A DNA stretch of 63,506 nucleotides, filler included, from Octopus bimaculoides (GCF_001194135.2; 4 parts of 4 records of this genome joined end to end with filler, not necessarily neighbours in it); one strand, 5' to 3'; positions 34,101 to 48,234 are shown, counted from the whole stretch's first letter. A program made the numbers and translations. The notes: generated from the letters alone by a model not told the origin.

Positions 34101-35199
34101 CCTCCCTATAGGTGTCACGCAAGTGAAGCGAACTTCTTACCACACAGCCCCGCCTGATGTCCTCTTAATTATCTAAGTGTTACCCTTTCGCCACATTCAT
34201 AAAGCTTTCTATCAGCAACGTACCAAGAATTTTGACTCTGGCCGACTCTTAATTTCCCCCCCATTCGTGAGTCCAGATACCTCGCCGTTTGAGTTTGATG
34301 CTATACAAGCAAATATGCTGATTTTCTAGTGCAAGTTCCTATTAGAACTTACACTAGAAGATAGATATCCATATAGGTTTGTGTGTTTGTGTGTGTTCAT
34401 TAAGATGGCTGCGCACGCACATAAATACACACATGCGTACTTGCAAACAGACACCTATATGAACACACGCATATATTCACACACACACACACACACACAT
34501 ATTTGTGTTTTGTTCATTACGTACATTTATTATGAAAAAATATAGACATTTTCTCACTATTTCTTCAGTTTAATCAAAACAACGATGATGATGATGATGA
34601 TGATGTGGGAGCGGGTGGGGGGGTGGTCGTCTGTTCATGTGAAGACTTTTTGCCCCCCTACTGTGGTCTGTTGGAACATGGTAAGTAATAACGAATGGTG
34701 AAGGGGAGGAGGAGGAGGAGGAAGAAGAAGAAGAAGAAGAAGAAAAAGAAGNNNNNNNNNNNNNNNNNNNNNNNNNNNNNNNNNNNNNNNNNNNNNNNNN
34801 NNNNNNNNNNNNNNNNNNNNNNNNNNNNNNNNNNNNNNNNNNNNNNNNNNNNNNNNNNNNNNNNNNNNNNNNNNNNNNNNNNNNNNNNNNNNNNNNNNNN
34901 NNNNNNNNNNNNNNNNNNNNNNNNNNNNNNNNNNNNNNNNNNNNNNNNNNNNNNNNNNNNNNNNNNNNNNNNNNNNNNNNNNNNNNNNNNNNNNNNNNNN
35001 NNNNNNNNNNNNNNNNNNNNNNNNNNNNNNNNNNNNNNNNNNNNNNNNNNNNNNNNNNNNNNNNNNNNNNNNNNNNNNNNNNNNNNNNNNNNNNNNNNNN
35101 NNNNNNNNNNNNNNNNNNNNNNNNNNNNNNNNNNNNNNNNNNNNNNNNNNNNNNNNNNNNNNNNNNNNNNNNNNNNNNNNNNNNNNNNNNNNNNNNNNN

Positions 35200-35293
35200 N
35201 NNNNNNNNNNNNGGTGTTGAGGGAGGGGAGGTTTTGATGGTGGTGGTGGTGGTGGTGGTAGTGGGAATGGTGATGGTGGTGATAGCGGTGGGG

Positions 35294-35325
<32 letters not shown>

Positions 35326-35553
35326 GGTGCCAAAGTTGTGTAGCACCAGATCGACCCTGAAGGAGCAGGTTTCCGATCAAAAGCATTCCAGCCACGACCG
35401 TCCTGTCCTTTTAAAGGCGGCAAAGTACTTTTTAAAAGACATTTAAATATCCGAGGAGAATAGTAAGTAGTAGTAGTAGTGCTGGTGGTGGTGGTGGTGG
35501 TAGTGAAGGTAGTACTAGTAGTAGTAGTAGTAGTTGTGGTGGTGGTAGTAGTT

Positions 35554-35594
<41 letters not shown>

Positions 35595-36087
35595 GGTGGT
35601 GGTAGTAATAGTAATAGCAGCAGCAGCAGCAACTGCAGCAGTAGTAGTAGTGGTAACGGTGGGGTGGTGGTGGTGGTGCTAGTAGTCGCAGTAGTAATGG
35701 TGGCAGTGTTTGTAGTAGTAGTAGTAGTAGTAGTAGTAGTAATACGGCCACTTGTTATTTTTAATTGTTGTTGTTGTTATTATTGTTGCAACTATTTGAC
35801 CCCAGGTCAACCCAATCTGAGCAGGCCTTGTTGTGGAACGAAAGCCCAACTTCGAGATTGGTAAACAGGGTCTGTTGGTCCCCGTGTACGTAACCATACG
35901 ATTTAACCTGCCAGATTTCCCGCTGCTATTTCTAGCAACTTGTTCGTGAAGGCTCCCTTACGTGTACCGCAACCGTTTATTCTTGTTAAATTTATTTAAC
36001 ATCACTGTTTGATGCCGTCGGTTCGGCCATCGTCATTCCAGTTGTCATTGCGGAAGACGCAGCCGTTGAAATTGGCCGGTATCACTA

Positions 36088-36133
<46 letters not shown>

Positions 36134-36556
36134 NNNNNNNNNNNNNNNNNNNNNNNNNNNNNNNNNNNNNNNNNNNNNNNNNNNNNNNNNNNNNNNNNNN
36201 NNNNNNNNNNNNNNNNNNNNNNNNNNNNNNNNNNNNNNNNNNNNNNNNNNNNNNNNNNNNNNNNNNNNNNNNNNNNNNNNNNNNNNNNNNNNNNNNNNNN
36301 NNNNNNNNNNNNNNNNNNNNNNNNNNNNNNNNNNNNNNNNNNNNNNNNNNNNNNNNNNNNNNNNNNNNNNNNNNNNNNNNNNNNNNNNNNNNNNNNNNNN
36401 NNNNNNNNNNNNNNNNNNNNNNNNNNNNNNNNNNNNNNNNNNNNNNNNNNNNNNNNNNNNNNNNNNNNNNNNNNNNNNNNNNNNNNNNNNNNNNNNNNNN
36501 NNNNNNNNNNNNNNNNNNNNNNNNNNNNNNNNNNNNNNNNNNNNNAGTTGTAGTAA

Positions 36557-36588
<32 letters not shown>

Positions 36589-36645
36589 ATAGTGGTAGTA
36601 GTAGTAGTAGTAGTAATAGTGGTAGTAGTAGTAGTAGTAGTAGTG

Positions 36646-36676
<31 letters not shown>

Positions 36677-36729
36677 TAGTAGTAGTAGTGGTGGTGGTGG
36701 TGGTGGTAGTAATAGTAGTAGTAATAGTG

Positions 36730-36776
<47 letters not shown>

Positions 36777-36800
36777 TGTTGTGGTTGTTGTTGTTGTTAT
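35200..36800 (+). repeat. Compound (GGT/GTA/GTT)n trinucleotide fields
   Basis: Direct reading; similar fields at 26865-27055 and 40826-40985. Confidence 0.95.
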
Positions 36801-37391
36801 ACTTGTAGTTGTTAGAATATGGAAGTTGTACATGCGTCTAGTATTCGAGTTGCATTGTTGTTCTTCTTCTGTACGGTATTGTTATTGTTGTTGCTGTTGT
36901 TGTTGTTAGACCCCAGAAAAAGGAAATGACATTGTAAAATGGCGGGTCGATCAATAGAATAAATAAGTAAATGAATAAACAAATAAATTTATTAATTACT
37001 CAGCCTGCTTAAATGGCCTCTGGTCAAAGAGTTTACACGAAACACGACAAATGTGTGTCATGTCTTTGTATATAGAACTACACACACATACACACACGCG
37101 CATACACACACACACATGCGTGTGTGTGTGTGTGCGTGGGTGTCTGTGTGTGAGGGCGTGCGTATGTGTGTGTGTGTGTGAGTGAGCAAACAATGTATAT
37201 GTCTGTGTATGCTTACGCGTGTGTACGTATGTACATATGTGTGTATGCATAAATTTATATATAACACATAAATGCTTATAAACATATACACATACCAGTT
37301 TATATATACATATGTATAATACACACACACNNNNNNNNNNCAAATGACTGAAACAAGTAAAAGAGTAAAAGAGTAAAAGAGTATATATATC

Positions 37392-37545
37392 TAAATATAA
37401 TGTGACAATTATTCGGTAGCTATGATAAAACTCCGAGTTTCGGATGTGGGGGTGAAACTCGGAGTTTTATCATGACTACCGAATAATTGTCACATATTAT
37501 ATTTACTGATAAATTCCTCTATTTACATAATATCGAGGTCTCTTT
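37392..37545. mobile_element. Palindromic MITE-like element (~50-bp arms, 12-nt spacer)
   Basis: Arms 37392-37441 and 37454-37505; same family as 14002-14129. Confidence 0.75.
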
Positions 37546-37825
37546 CATTCTTGTGTTGTCTTACCATTACTATCAATAATATATATAAACTTAGATAGGT
37601 TTCGACCAAAGATTGGTCCAGGCCATGTCTAACTTAATAACACCACCTGATAGGATTATCTAAATCCTTTTTACAGTCAAGTTTTGTTTATGGTCNNNNN
37701 NNNNNATGTCTAACTTAATAACACCACCTGATAGGATTATCTAAATCCTTTTTACAGTCAAGTTTTGTTTATGGTCCATTCAAGTAGTGAGTTCTTCTTG
37801 AGTGAGTTGTATCCAGGTATGGGAT

Positions 37826-38073
37826 AGAACTGAAAGAAGCCCGTCCTATATATGTATATGTATATATGTATGTGTGTGTATATATGTTTGTCCCCCCAAC
37901 ATCGCTTGACAACCGATGCTGGTGTGTTTATGTCCCCATAACTTAGCGGTCCGGCATAAAAGGCCGATAGAATAAGTACTAGGCTTACAAAGAGTAAGTC
38001 CTGCGGTCAATTTGCTCGACTAAAGGCGGTGCTCCAGCATGGCCGCAGTCAAAAGACTGAAACAAGTAAAAGA

Positions 38074-38080
<7 letters not shown>
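37826..38080 (+). mobile_element. SINE family A 3' half
   Basis: Near consensus, ending aacaagtaaaagagtaaaag. Confidence 0.9.
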
Positions 38081-38117
<37 letters not shown>

Positions 38118-38432
38118 ACAAATATACACACACATATATATACGTACATACAGATATACGTAAATACACACACACAAGAGGTTGATGTCTGAGACGGCGG
38201 GAAACTTGAGCTGAAGCGATAACAAGAGCTGGAGAGTGGAGGTGGGAGGTAGAGTTCAGTTCTTTGTCGAACTGACAGGTGAAGAATATCTCGATGGAAC
38301 AAGTGTCAGAAAAGTTGAGGAAACGAAAGACCTTCCTGCCTTCTTCTTCCACCATTAAAAAAAAAAACCAACGCCAACATCAGAACGGCAATTCTTCACA
38401 CGCACGCACGCGCACGCGTTACAGGATGAGTG

Positions 38433-38640
38433 TACTCTTTTACTTGTCTCAGTCATTTGACTGCGGCCATACTGGAGCAACGTCTTTAGTCGAGCATATC
38501 GACCCCAGGACTTAGTCTTTGTAAGCCTAGTACTTATTTTAGCAGTCTCTTTTGCCGAACCGCTAAGTTAGGAAACCTAAACAAACCAGCATCGGTTATC
38601 AAGCGATGGTCGGTGACAAACGGACACACAGACATGTATA
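38433..38640 (-). mobile_element. SINE family A 3' half
   Basis: Reverse complement of the same tail as 37826-38080. Confidence 0.88.
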
Positions 38641-39392
38641 TATATATATATATATACATATATAAATTATTATTTATATAGATAGGGTGATAAATTGAAT
38701 ATTAATTCAATTTAAAACCAAGTGACGTATANNNNNNNNNNNNNNNNNNNNNNNNNNNNNNNNNNNNNNNNNNNNNNNNNNNNNNNNNNNNNNNNNNNNN
38801 NNNNNNNNNNNNNNNNNNNNNNNNNNNNNNNNNNNNNNNNNNNNNNNNNNNNNNNNNNNNNNNNNNNNNNNNNNNNNNNNNNNNNNNNNNNNNNNNNNNN
38901 NNNNNNNNNNNNNNNNNNNNNNNNNNNNNNNNNNNNNNNNNNNNNNNNNNNNNNNNNNNNNNNNNNNNNNNNNNNNNNNNNNNNNNNNNNNNNNNNNNNN
39001 NNNNNNNNNNNNNNNNNNNNNNNNNNNNNNNNNNNNNNNNNNNNNNNNNNNNNNNNNNNNNNNNNNNNNNNNNNNNNNNNNNNNNNNNNNNNNNNNNNNT
39101 TGATAGCGATATTTTTGATACACACAGAACAAAAAACAGTAGAGAAGAGTAAAAAAACCCACCTGCCTTTAGTTAATTTATCGCTATCAATCTGGAGTAA
39201 TAATTTGTAGTTTTGAAATCAGTAGTTCTTTGACTGATATTTCTGAATTCCCAGTATGTTGGAGAAGCAGGTTACTGTCAATCCCTATATATTTATGATT
39301 ATATATATATATATATATATATATGACCATCCCCAAGTACAACAATATATATATATATACGTGTATATATATATATACACACATATACATAT

Positions 39393-39484
39393 ATACGACG
39401 GGCTTCTTTCAGTTTCCGTCTAAAACACTTGTCCGAGGTGCTGCGCAGTGGAGCTGAACTCAAGACTAACTATTTGGTTGGGAG
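39393..39484 (-). mobile_element. SINE family A internally deleted fragment
   Basis: gacgggcttctttcagtttccgtcta joined directly to aacacttgtccgaggtgctgcgcagtgg. Confidence 0.65.
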
Positions 39485-39823
39485 TGTGTGTATGTGCGTG
39501 ATTAATTGCAAGCATGTATCTATAATAAATATTTACAGAATATTTGCTCTCCCTCACACACACACACACACACACATAAACACACGCATATACTCTATCA
39601 TTTATATACATATGTTTTATATTGTACATATATACAAATACACACTAAATTGTGTGTGTGTGTGTATGTAACAATCAAACGGACACATAGGCTGAGAAGC
39701 AAGAAAGGGGGAATGGTATCCGCTTGCCTGGCAGCGGGCAGAAGCTGAACTAAAAATCCTTATTTATCATTCGACATCAACTTGGCGCGCCGAGTCAGCA
39801 GTTTCACTTGCGCTAACTACAAT

Positions 39824-39859
<36 letters not shown>

Positions 39860-40826
39860 NNNNNNNNNNNNNNNNNNNNNNNNNNNNNNNNNNNNNNNNN
39901 NNNNNNNNNNNNNNNNNNNNNNNNNNNNNNNNNNNNNNNNNNNNNNNNNNNNNNNNNNNNNNNNNNNNNNNNNNNNNNNNNNNNNNNNNNNNNNNNNNNN
40001 NNNNNNNNNNNNNNNNNNNNNNNNNNNNNNNNNNNNNNNNNNNNNNNNNNNNNNNNNNNNNNNNNNNNNNNNNNNNNNNNNNNNNNNNNNNNNNNNNNNN
40101 NNNNNNNNNNNNNNNNNNNNNNNNNNNNNNNNNNNNNNNNNNNNNNNNNNNNNNNNNNNNNNNNNNNNNNNNNNNNNNNNNNNNNNNNNNNNNNNNNNNN
40201 NNNNNNNNNNNNNNNNNNNNNNNNNNNNNNNNNNNNNNNNNNNNNNNNNNNNNNNNNNNNNNNNNNNNNNNNNNNNNNNNNNNNNNNNNNNNNNNNNNNN
40301 NNNNNNNNNNNNNNNNNNNNNNNNNNNNNNNNNNNNNNNNNNNNNNNNNNNNNNNNNNNNNNNNNNNNNNNNNNNNNNNNNNNNNNNNNNNNNNNNNNNN
40401 NNNNNNNNNNNNNNNNNNNNNNNNNNNNNNNNNNNNNNNNNNNNNNNNNNNNNNNNNNNNNNNNNNNNNNNNNNNNNNNNNNNNNNNNNNNNNNNNNNNN
40501 NNNNNNNNNNNNNNNNNNNNNNNNNNNNNNNNNNNNNNNNNNNNNNNNNNNNNNNNNNNNNNNNNNNNNNNNNNNNNNNNNNNNNNNNNNNNNNNNNNNN
40601 NNNNNNNNNNNNNNNNNNNNNNNNNNNNNNNNNNNNNNNNNNNNNNNNNNNNNNNNNNNNNNNNNNNNNNNNNNNNNNNNNNNNNNNNNNNNNNNNNNNN
40701 NNNNNNNNNNNNNNNNNNNNNNNNNNNNNNNNNNNNNNNNNNNNNNNNNNNNNNNNNNNNNNNNNNNNNNNNNNNNNNNNNNNNNNNNNNNNNNNNNNNN
40801 NNNNNNNNNNNNNNNNNNNNNNNNNN

Positions 40827-40881
<55 letters not shown>

Positions 40882-40900
40882 GGTAGTAGTGGTGGTGGTG

Positions 40901-40956
<56 letters not shown>

Positions 40957-42501
40957 GGTGGTGGTAGTAGTAGTAGTAGTATTAGTAGTAGAGATATTGC
41001 TGATGCTACATAGGACCAAGGATATTCCAACCGTGAATCGCATCCTTTATATTTCAGACATCGGAGACTAAGTCTATCTAGGACTACAGACCAAATGAGA
41101 ATTTTAAACCATTACAAGTTCCTTCGTTGCATGTTGTTGTTGTTTTTGTTGTTGAGGGGCGGTGGGGTTTAGACCTAGGCCAAATGCCTTCCCACCGTGA
41201 CAGCCCCTCTGTACTTTGTCTAACTTACAGGGAACTCAAGGCCGCATAAATTCAACGTGTCCTTTAATAACTAAAGCAACAGAAGGGAATTAGCTGTTAT
41301 TTCAGGTGTTGCAGTCCGTGGTGCCACTTGATCGAGCAGCCCTATATCTACGATCAAAGACGTGCCAGCCGTGACCATGCCGCCTTTATTCATTTATTTC
41401 ATTTATTTACATATTTCGAACAGCAACATCGAATGTCCTTTTGCAGTAAGTTTTAGCTGCTATTTTTAGCAAATTCAGTGACTAGGACAAACACGAACTT
41501 CATTGGCTCGTCGTCATATTGGTCATGATGGTGGCGGCGGCGGGTGTTNNNNNNNNNNNNNNNNNNNNNNNNNNNNNNNNNNNNNNNNNNNNNNNNNNNN
41601 NNNNNNNNNNNNNNNNNNNNNNNNNNNNNNNNNNNNNNNNNNNNNNNNNNNNNNNNNNNNNNNNNNNNNNNNNNNNNNNNNNNNNNNNNNNNNNNNNNNN
41701 NNNNNNNNNNNNNNNNNNNNNNNNNNNNNNNNNNNNNNNNNNNNNNNNNNNNNNNNNNNNNNNNNNNNNNNNNNNNNNNNNNNNNNNNNNNNNNNNNNNN
41801 NNNNNNNNNNNNNNNNNNNNNNNNNNNNNNNNNNNNNNNNNNNNNNNNNNNNNNNNNNNNNNNNNNNNNNNNNNNNNNNNNNNNNNNNNNNNNNNNNNNN
41901 NNNNNNNNNNNNNNNNNNNNNNNNNNNNNNNNNNNNNNNNNNNNNNNNNNNNNNNNNNNNNNNNNNNNNNNNNNNNNNNNNNNNNNNNNNNNNNNNNNNN
42001 NNNNNNNNNNNNNNNNNNNNNNNNNNNNNNNNNNNNNNNNNNNNNNNNNNNNNNNNNNNNNNNNNNNNNNNNNNNNNNNNNNNNNNNNNNNNNNNNNNNN
42101 NNNNNNNNNNNNNNNNNNNNNNNNNNNNNNNNNNNNNNNNNNNNNNNNNNNNNNNNNNNNNNNNNNNNNNNNNNNNNNNNNNNNNNNNNNNNNNNNNNNN
42201 NNNNNNNNNNNNNNNNNNNNNNNNNNNNNNNNNNNNNNNNNNNNNNNNNNNNNNNNNNNNNNNNNNNNNNNNNNNNNNNNNNNNNNNNNNNNNNNNNNNN
42301 NNNNNNNNNNNNNNNNNNNNNNNNNNNNNNNNNNNNNNNNNNNNNNNNNNNNNNNNNNNNNNNNNNNNNNNNNNNNNNNNNNNNNNNNNNNNNNNNNNNN
42401 NNNNNNNNNNNNNNNNNNNNNNNNNNNNNNNNNNNNNNNNNNNNNNNATATATATATATATATATATATATATACGAACATACATATACATGTACACACG
42501 C

Positions 42502-42534
<33 letters not shown>

Positions 42535-43069
42535 ACGTATATACATATATATATACGTACATATGTACATATGTATATATGTGTATATATATATATATAC
42601 GAACATAATATACATGTACACATATACGCATATATATATAACATATTTACGTATATAATGCATATATATAGGGCATGTATGTATGTATACAAACACGTAT
42701 GTATATATGTGTATATACATATATATATACGTACAAACATATACATATACACACACACACGCATATATATACATGTATTTAATGCATATATATATATATA
42801 GTATGTATGTATACACATACTCACACGCACACACACACACACACACGTACACAAACGCCAGACACAGACACATGCACGCACTACTGCTGTGTTTGGAGAC
42901 CAGATGAGTCTCTAGTCGATTCCACCCAAATGTAAACAAAGAATGAATAGAATGGATTTCGTTGGTTTACATTTTAGGGGGAAGAGAACAAAGACGATAG
43001 GGGATTAAATATTGGTAAATAGAATTATTTATGCAAACATCAATACACACACACACACAAATATATATA

Positions 43070-43169
43070 NNNNNNNNNNNNNNNNNNNNNNNNNNNNNNN
43101 NNNNNNNNNNNNNTTAATTAATTAANNNNNNNNNNNNNNNNNNNNNNNNNNNNNNNNNNNNNNNNNNNN
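43070..43169. other. Artificial scaffold-join spacer
   Basis: 44N-TTAATTAATTAA(43114-43125)-44N. Confidence 0.9.
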
Positions 43170-43205
<36 letters not shown>

Positions 43206-43467
43206 GATGCTTAATTAATGTGCAATAGATACAGAGTTATCATAAATGATGCGTAAAACATTCGTCAGATGTTGTACAACATCCATCATTATCTATCTAT
43301 GTTCATATGTGCGACGACGCACATGCAAGTGTATATTTTTGTGTACGTGTGTCTGTGTTTCTGTTCGCCCGTATGATTTTCACTTTGGAACGAAATTAAG
43401 TTGGCAAACACTCTTTGCATAAGGTTTCATAAGTAATAGCGTTCATGGTAGATAACTTCCTTGAAAA

Positions 43468-43535
<68 letters not shown>

Positions 43536-43917
43536 GTAAATGTAGAACGATGATATAAGTGCTCAAGATCGCATTGGTGGATATATAATAATAAATAAAG
43601 AAATGTATGTGTGTGTGTATGTGTGTGTGTGTGTATAGATATTGTAAAATTGTGATAAACACAAATATAAATATTTAATTCCTACGTACGTTTCACCATT
43701 GCAGTTATTTGAAATTTAGCATTGGATGTTCCAAGTGCATTTGGATGACTAGCTATAGGATTCATCAGGGGAACACTTTATCGCTTCTATTACAGAAATA
43801 TTGAACAGCTATCGATTAGCATCTACTTGCACAATGAACTCTCACTGCAGAGGAATGGAAATAGCCATAATACAATGGCGAAACGTACGTATGGATAAAA
43901 TGCTATAAACTGCAACT

Positions 43918-43948
<31 letters not shown>

Positions 43949-44180
43949 NNNNNNNNNNNNNNNNNNNNNNNNNNNNNNNNNNNNNNNNNNNNNNNNNNNN
44001 NNNNNNNNNNNNNNNNNNNNNNNNNNNNNNNNNNNNNNNNNNNNNNNNNNNNNNNNNNNNNNNNNNNNNNNNNNNNNNNNNNNNNNNNNNNNNNNNNNNN
44101 NNNNNNNNNNNNNNNNNNNNNNNNNNNNNNNNNNNNNNNNNNNTTCAACAATCTACTCACCACACAGCCACTCCTGCGCC

Positions 44181-44215
<35 letters not shown>

Positions 44216-44299
44216 ATATATTCTTTTATTCGTTTCAGACTTGCGGTTGTGGCATGCTGGGGTACCACTAGTGTAATCACCTTTTAATTGGCTAATTCT

Positions 44300-44660
44300 A
44301 TGAGATTAGCTTTTGGTGAAGGTTCGATATCGCTGCCCTTTCTTGAGTTTCCTGCCTCAGATATTTTGGCAATTAAATACCTGTGGGTCCTAGAGTACAC
44401 GGTCCTCACTTTAGATGAGCTAGGTGGGACATTTGGAACAGTGCAGTGACGTCCAATTCGAGGTCTGGTATAACTCTCAAATCCAGAGATTGGTGCCAGC
44501 TCCTTCAGTATCTTTCACTCATATATCACTGCATACCTCTTCCATCTTCGCTCCAGAGAGTAGAGTTGTAGCTCATTCAGTCTCTCTCAGTAGCTCAGCT
44601 GTTCCATTGATGCAATCTTCCTCGTGTAGTATCGCTGAATCGCTTTCGGTATGCAAATTA
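44300..44660 (-). pseudogene. CR1-type LINE ORF2 C-terminal fragment
   Basis: KAIQRYYTRKIASMEQLSY*ERLNELQLYSLERRWKRYAVIYE*KILKEL..GFESYT..RIGRHCTVP matches the CR1 tail pattern (LSYWERLKELxLYSLERRRER). Confidence 0.88.
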
Positions 44661-44887
44661 GGGACTCATTCACAGAGTAACTGCGGCTTTTGTTGAGTAT
44701 ATAAACAGTTTGGCTGCTTGTTCCACGAGACTGTCAGAATGAGGTGGACGCCTCTGATGACAACCCTAAAAGATTCGAAAATCGATTTAGGTTGTTCATC
44801 ATATTTTTCAGTCTGAGAAGTAGCTAAAATTTGACCTGCTTATAATTGTACCATATGTTGCATATAACTATATATATATGTATGTGT

Positions 44888-45065
44888 GTTGGCGATTTTT
44901 CTCCCCTTCTTCCTTTTCTTTTCGACTTTCCTGTTTTCTTTTCCGAAGAAGAGCTATGCTCGAAACGTAAAACAACACTCCTTCTTTCTTTCTCTGAGCG
45001 TCTCATTAATACTTTGGCTGTACTACGTCCTCGCGTTGTTCTACTTGTCCTTTCTTTCCTTCTCT
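44888..45065 (+). mobile_element. Short PLE-pLTR-like element, family B, copy 2, with hammerhead motif 44940-44972
   Basis: TTT CCGAAGA A GAGC-TAT-GCTC GAA ACGT A AAA (U4C variant, GUA triplet). Confidence 0.6.
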
Positions 45066-45223
45066 GTCTGTCTTCGCTACCACCCTCACCGTATCTATGC
45101 CTACTATTACTCTCAACCCAGCATAAGGAATAGTAGAAGTGTCATTGAATAATGAGACAGGTGGGGTGGGGTCAAAGTGTGACACGCTGACATACAGAAA
45201 TTAGTTTTCGCATTTATTATATC

Positions 45224-45274
<51 letters not shown>

Positions 45275-45659
45275 NNNNNNNNNNNNNNNNNNNNNNNNNN
45301 NNNNNNNNNNNNNNNNNNNNNNNNNNNNNNNNNNNNNNNNNNNNNNNNNNNNNNNNNNNNNNNNNNNNNNNNNNNNNNNNNNNNNNNNNNNNNNNNNNNN
45401 NNNNNNNNNNNNNNNNNNNNNNNNNNNNNNNNNNNNNNNNNNNNNNNNNNNNNNNNNNNNNNNNNNNNNNNNNNNNNNNNNNNNNNNNNNNNNNNNNNNN
45501 NNNNNNNNNNNNNNNNNNNNNNNNNNNNNNNNNNNNNNNNNNNNNNNNNNNNNNNNNNNNNNNNNNNNNNNNNNNNNNNNNNNNNNNNNNNNNNNNNNNN
45601 NNNNNNNNNNNNNNNNNNNNNNNNNNNNNNNNNNNNNNNNNNNNNNNNNNNNNNNNNNN

Positions 45660-45696
<37 letters not shown>

Positions 45697-45840
45697 GTGT
45701 ATTTATATATGTATTTATATATGTATACATTCCTGGGACTCTTCGTTCAAAAGCAAAGATCACGTTCAATTAGCTGCTCAGTGCATCGTTTGATGCAAGT
45801 TACATAATTTATTCATAGTGCTTGTCACTCTACGATTCGC

Positions 45841-45882
45841 AACACAACACGTTTCTACGCAACGAGCATCATCAGTTGTATT
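45841..45882 (-). ncRNA. Solitary hammerhead-like motif, probably inactive (G at cleavage site)
   Basis: AATACAA CTGATGA TGC-TCGTTGC-GTA GAA ACGT G TTGTGTT: 7-bp stem I, perfect core. Confidence 0.55.
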
Positions 45883-46501
45883 CTCTTGATGGTTCCCGTC
45901 GAGTAGAAATGATTTGTCAATCAACGGGAGATGAACTACACACACATTCAACACCTTCCCCTTCCCACATATACCTATAAGCAAATTCCCTTAATAATCC
46001 GAAGGACCTCAATTCTGCGTTAATCAGATGAAAGACAAGCATGATCATGGACAACATACATGCTTAATGCAAGCAATATCGCCAGAAGACCTAACTCCAA
46101 TAACTGTCACTGAGTGTATATGAAACGATTATGCATTAAACGAATATAAAACATATTCCTACTCTGAAATTGAACTGATGATCCATAAGCTACAAGTCCA
46201 ATGTCATACCTATTCGGCTAACCCCCTTTCTATTAAGAAGACAAACGGTATAATTTCGATGGAAATAGCGCAACTAATACTTTTTTCACTTAATTACTAA
46301 CAATTGTTCTCAAAATATGACAATGAAGAGAGAAAAATGGCTCTGATTAAATATTTAACGGCATATTTATCTACATGTCCGCACAGATATACTTTCATAT
46401 ACATGAGCTTTATTATTTGTGTACATAAACTCATGTTTCTGTGGACATCAATTAGCAACGCTATACATATAAAAAGTAAAAGTTAAAACCATGTGTGTGT
46501 G

Positions 46502-46556
<55 letters not shown>

Positions 46557-48234
46557 AGAGAGAGTGAGAGTCAACATCTATTGAAGGGGTTGCAAGAAGC
46601 AAACGAAAATTTTATTTAAAAAATTAAAGGAATAAGTAAATCAGTGGAAATTGAACTGGTGAGTGTATTAATTAATAAGGCATCGAAACAGAGCGACTCT
46701 CCACAGACACAACCATATATATATGTCTATATATATATATATATATATATACACGCGCGCAGGTATATATTTGGACATATTTAAATCCATACAAGCTTCT
46801 GTATACAAGGAAGAGGAAGATAGTAATTAATAGGCAAGTGGAAGCATAGTTTATTAGGAACTGAAGCCTTACAAATAGTTATTTTGAATTTCACGTCAAC
46901 GATCATCAGTCATGTATATCTCTATACAATATGAACCAATATAAATGTTGGCTGGTTAGCTAGTCAGCTGATTTCCAGCGTCACACTTTACATCGTATAG
47001 AGAGAGGGGCGTGACAATGAAAAGAACATCAAGAGATATAGATTTAATATGAGGTGCAAGGGGAGTTCAGATACTGGGCTTGGTGACAGGCATTGAGAAA
47101 AGGAATGACCCCCAATAACATACTGAGAGAGAAAAAATTATGGAGACGAGAGAGGGATAGAGGTAAATGACAGACTGGTTATGGAGAGAGTTATACAAAT
47201 GAGGAATTTGTTCTCATGTCGTCCTGAACACTGTGTTTAAATATGAATGGACTGTCACAGATGCATTACCGTTGATAAGATATTTGCTTGAACACGACTG
47301 ATCTGGGGTTGACCAACAGCTACAACTAATAAACAATGTTTCCTTTGGATCGACTGTCGTATACATAGGTTTGAACCTAATTTCCCTGTTGGTTTGGTTT
47401 GTCAAATAAATCTACAGACCATCTCAACGATGTCTTTGTTGAATAACACATCCATCCAGCAGCGTCAAGAGCAAAGGCGAGAGATAAAAAGAGAAAGAGA
47501 GAGAGGGAGAGGTGGGGAGGGAGAGGGTAGAAGAAGACAGAAGCAAATTGAGAGAGAGAGAGAGGGAAGAGGCAAGACAGAGATTGAAAGAGAACGAGGG
47601 GAGAGTATCACAGCGTATATATTCGGTATATTACTTAGACTGTCTTTCAGTGTTATTGAAGGAAACTTGCGAGATGAAGGGTGTCATCAAAATAACCACT
47701 ATGACAACGATGAACACCAAAAGCAGCACGAAAACAACAACCACAGTGAGTTCAAATCTTCCTTAGGCCAGCTTTGCCTTTCATTGTTTTGTGTCGATTC
47801 ACTAAAGTGTCAACCCCCAGAGAGGTTGACTGGCAAAGCTTTTAGAGCATCGGACGAGATGCGTGGCGGTATCTATTTTGAGACATTTTGCTCTGTCAGC
47901 ACTGGTACCAAGCTGTGTCGGCCGGCCCTAATGCGGTGTCTTTTCCCCTTTGGACGACTTTGGTGGAAAGGGGACACATGTATGGGAAACTATCAACTTA
48001 TAAATAACAACAAAAAACAATTGTTCATACCTGTACATTCGTGTGCAGATACACGGTCAACCAACAGGCTCTAGAATCAAGTCCTGTAGTCTTATTTATA
48101 TTGCCAGATTTTCCTGCACAACCGAGCAGAGATCTGTGTGCCACATGTACATACGTGTATAATTAATTCATGAATGAATAGAAAAAAGCATTGGAAACAA
48201 GATGTGTCACTTGATATGACAAAATCTATCTTAC

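Noticed and set aside
37625-37776. Exact 71-bp direct repeat either side of a 10-N gap (similar case at 55608-55660)
   Set aside because: Typical unmerged contig overlap; assembly artefact.
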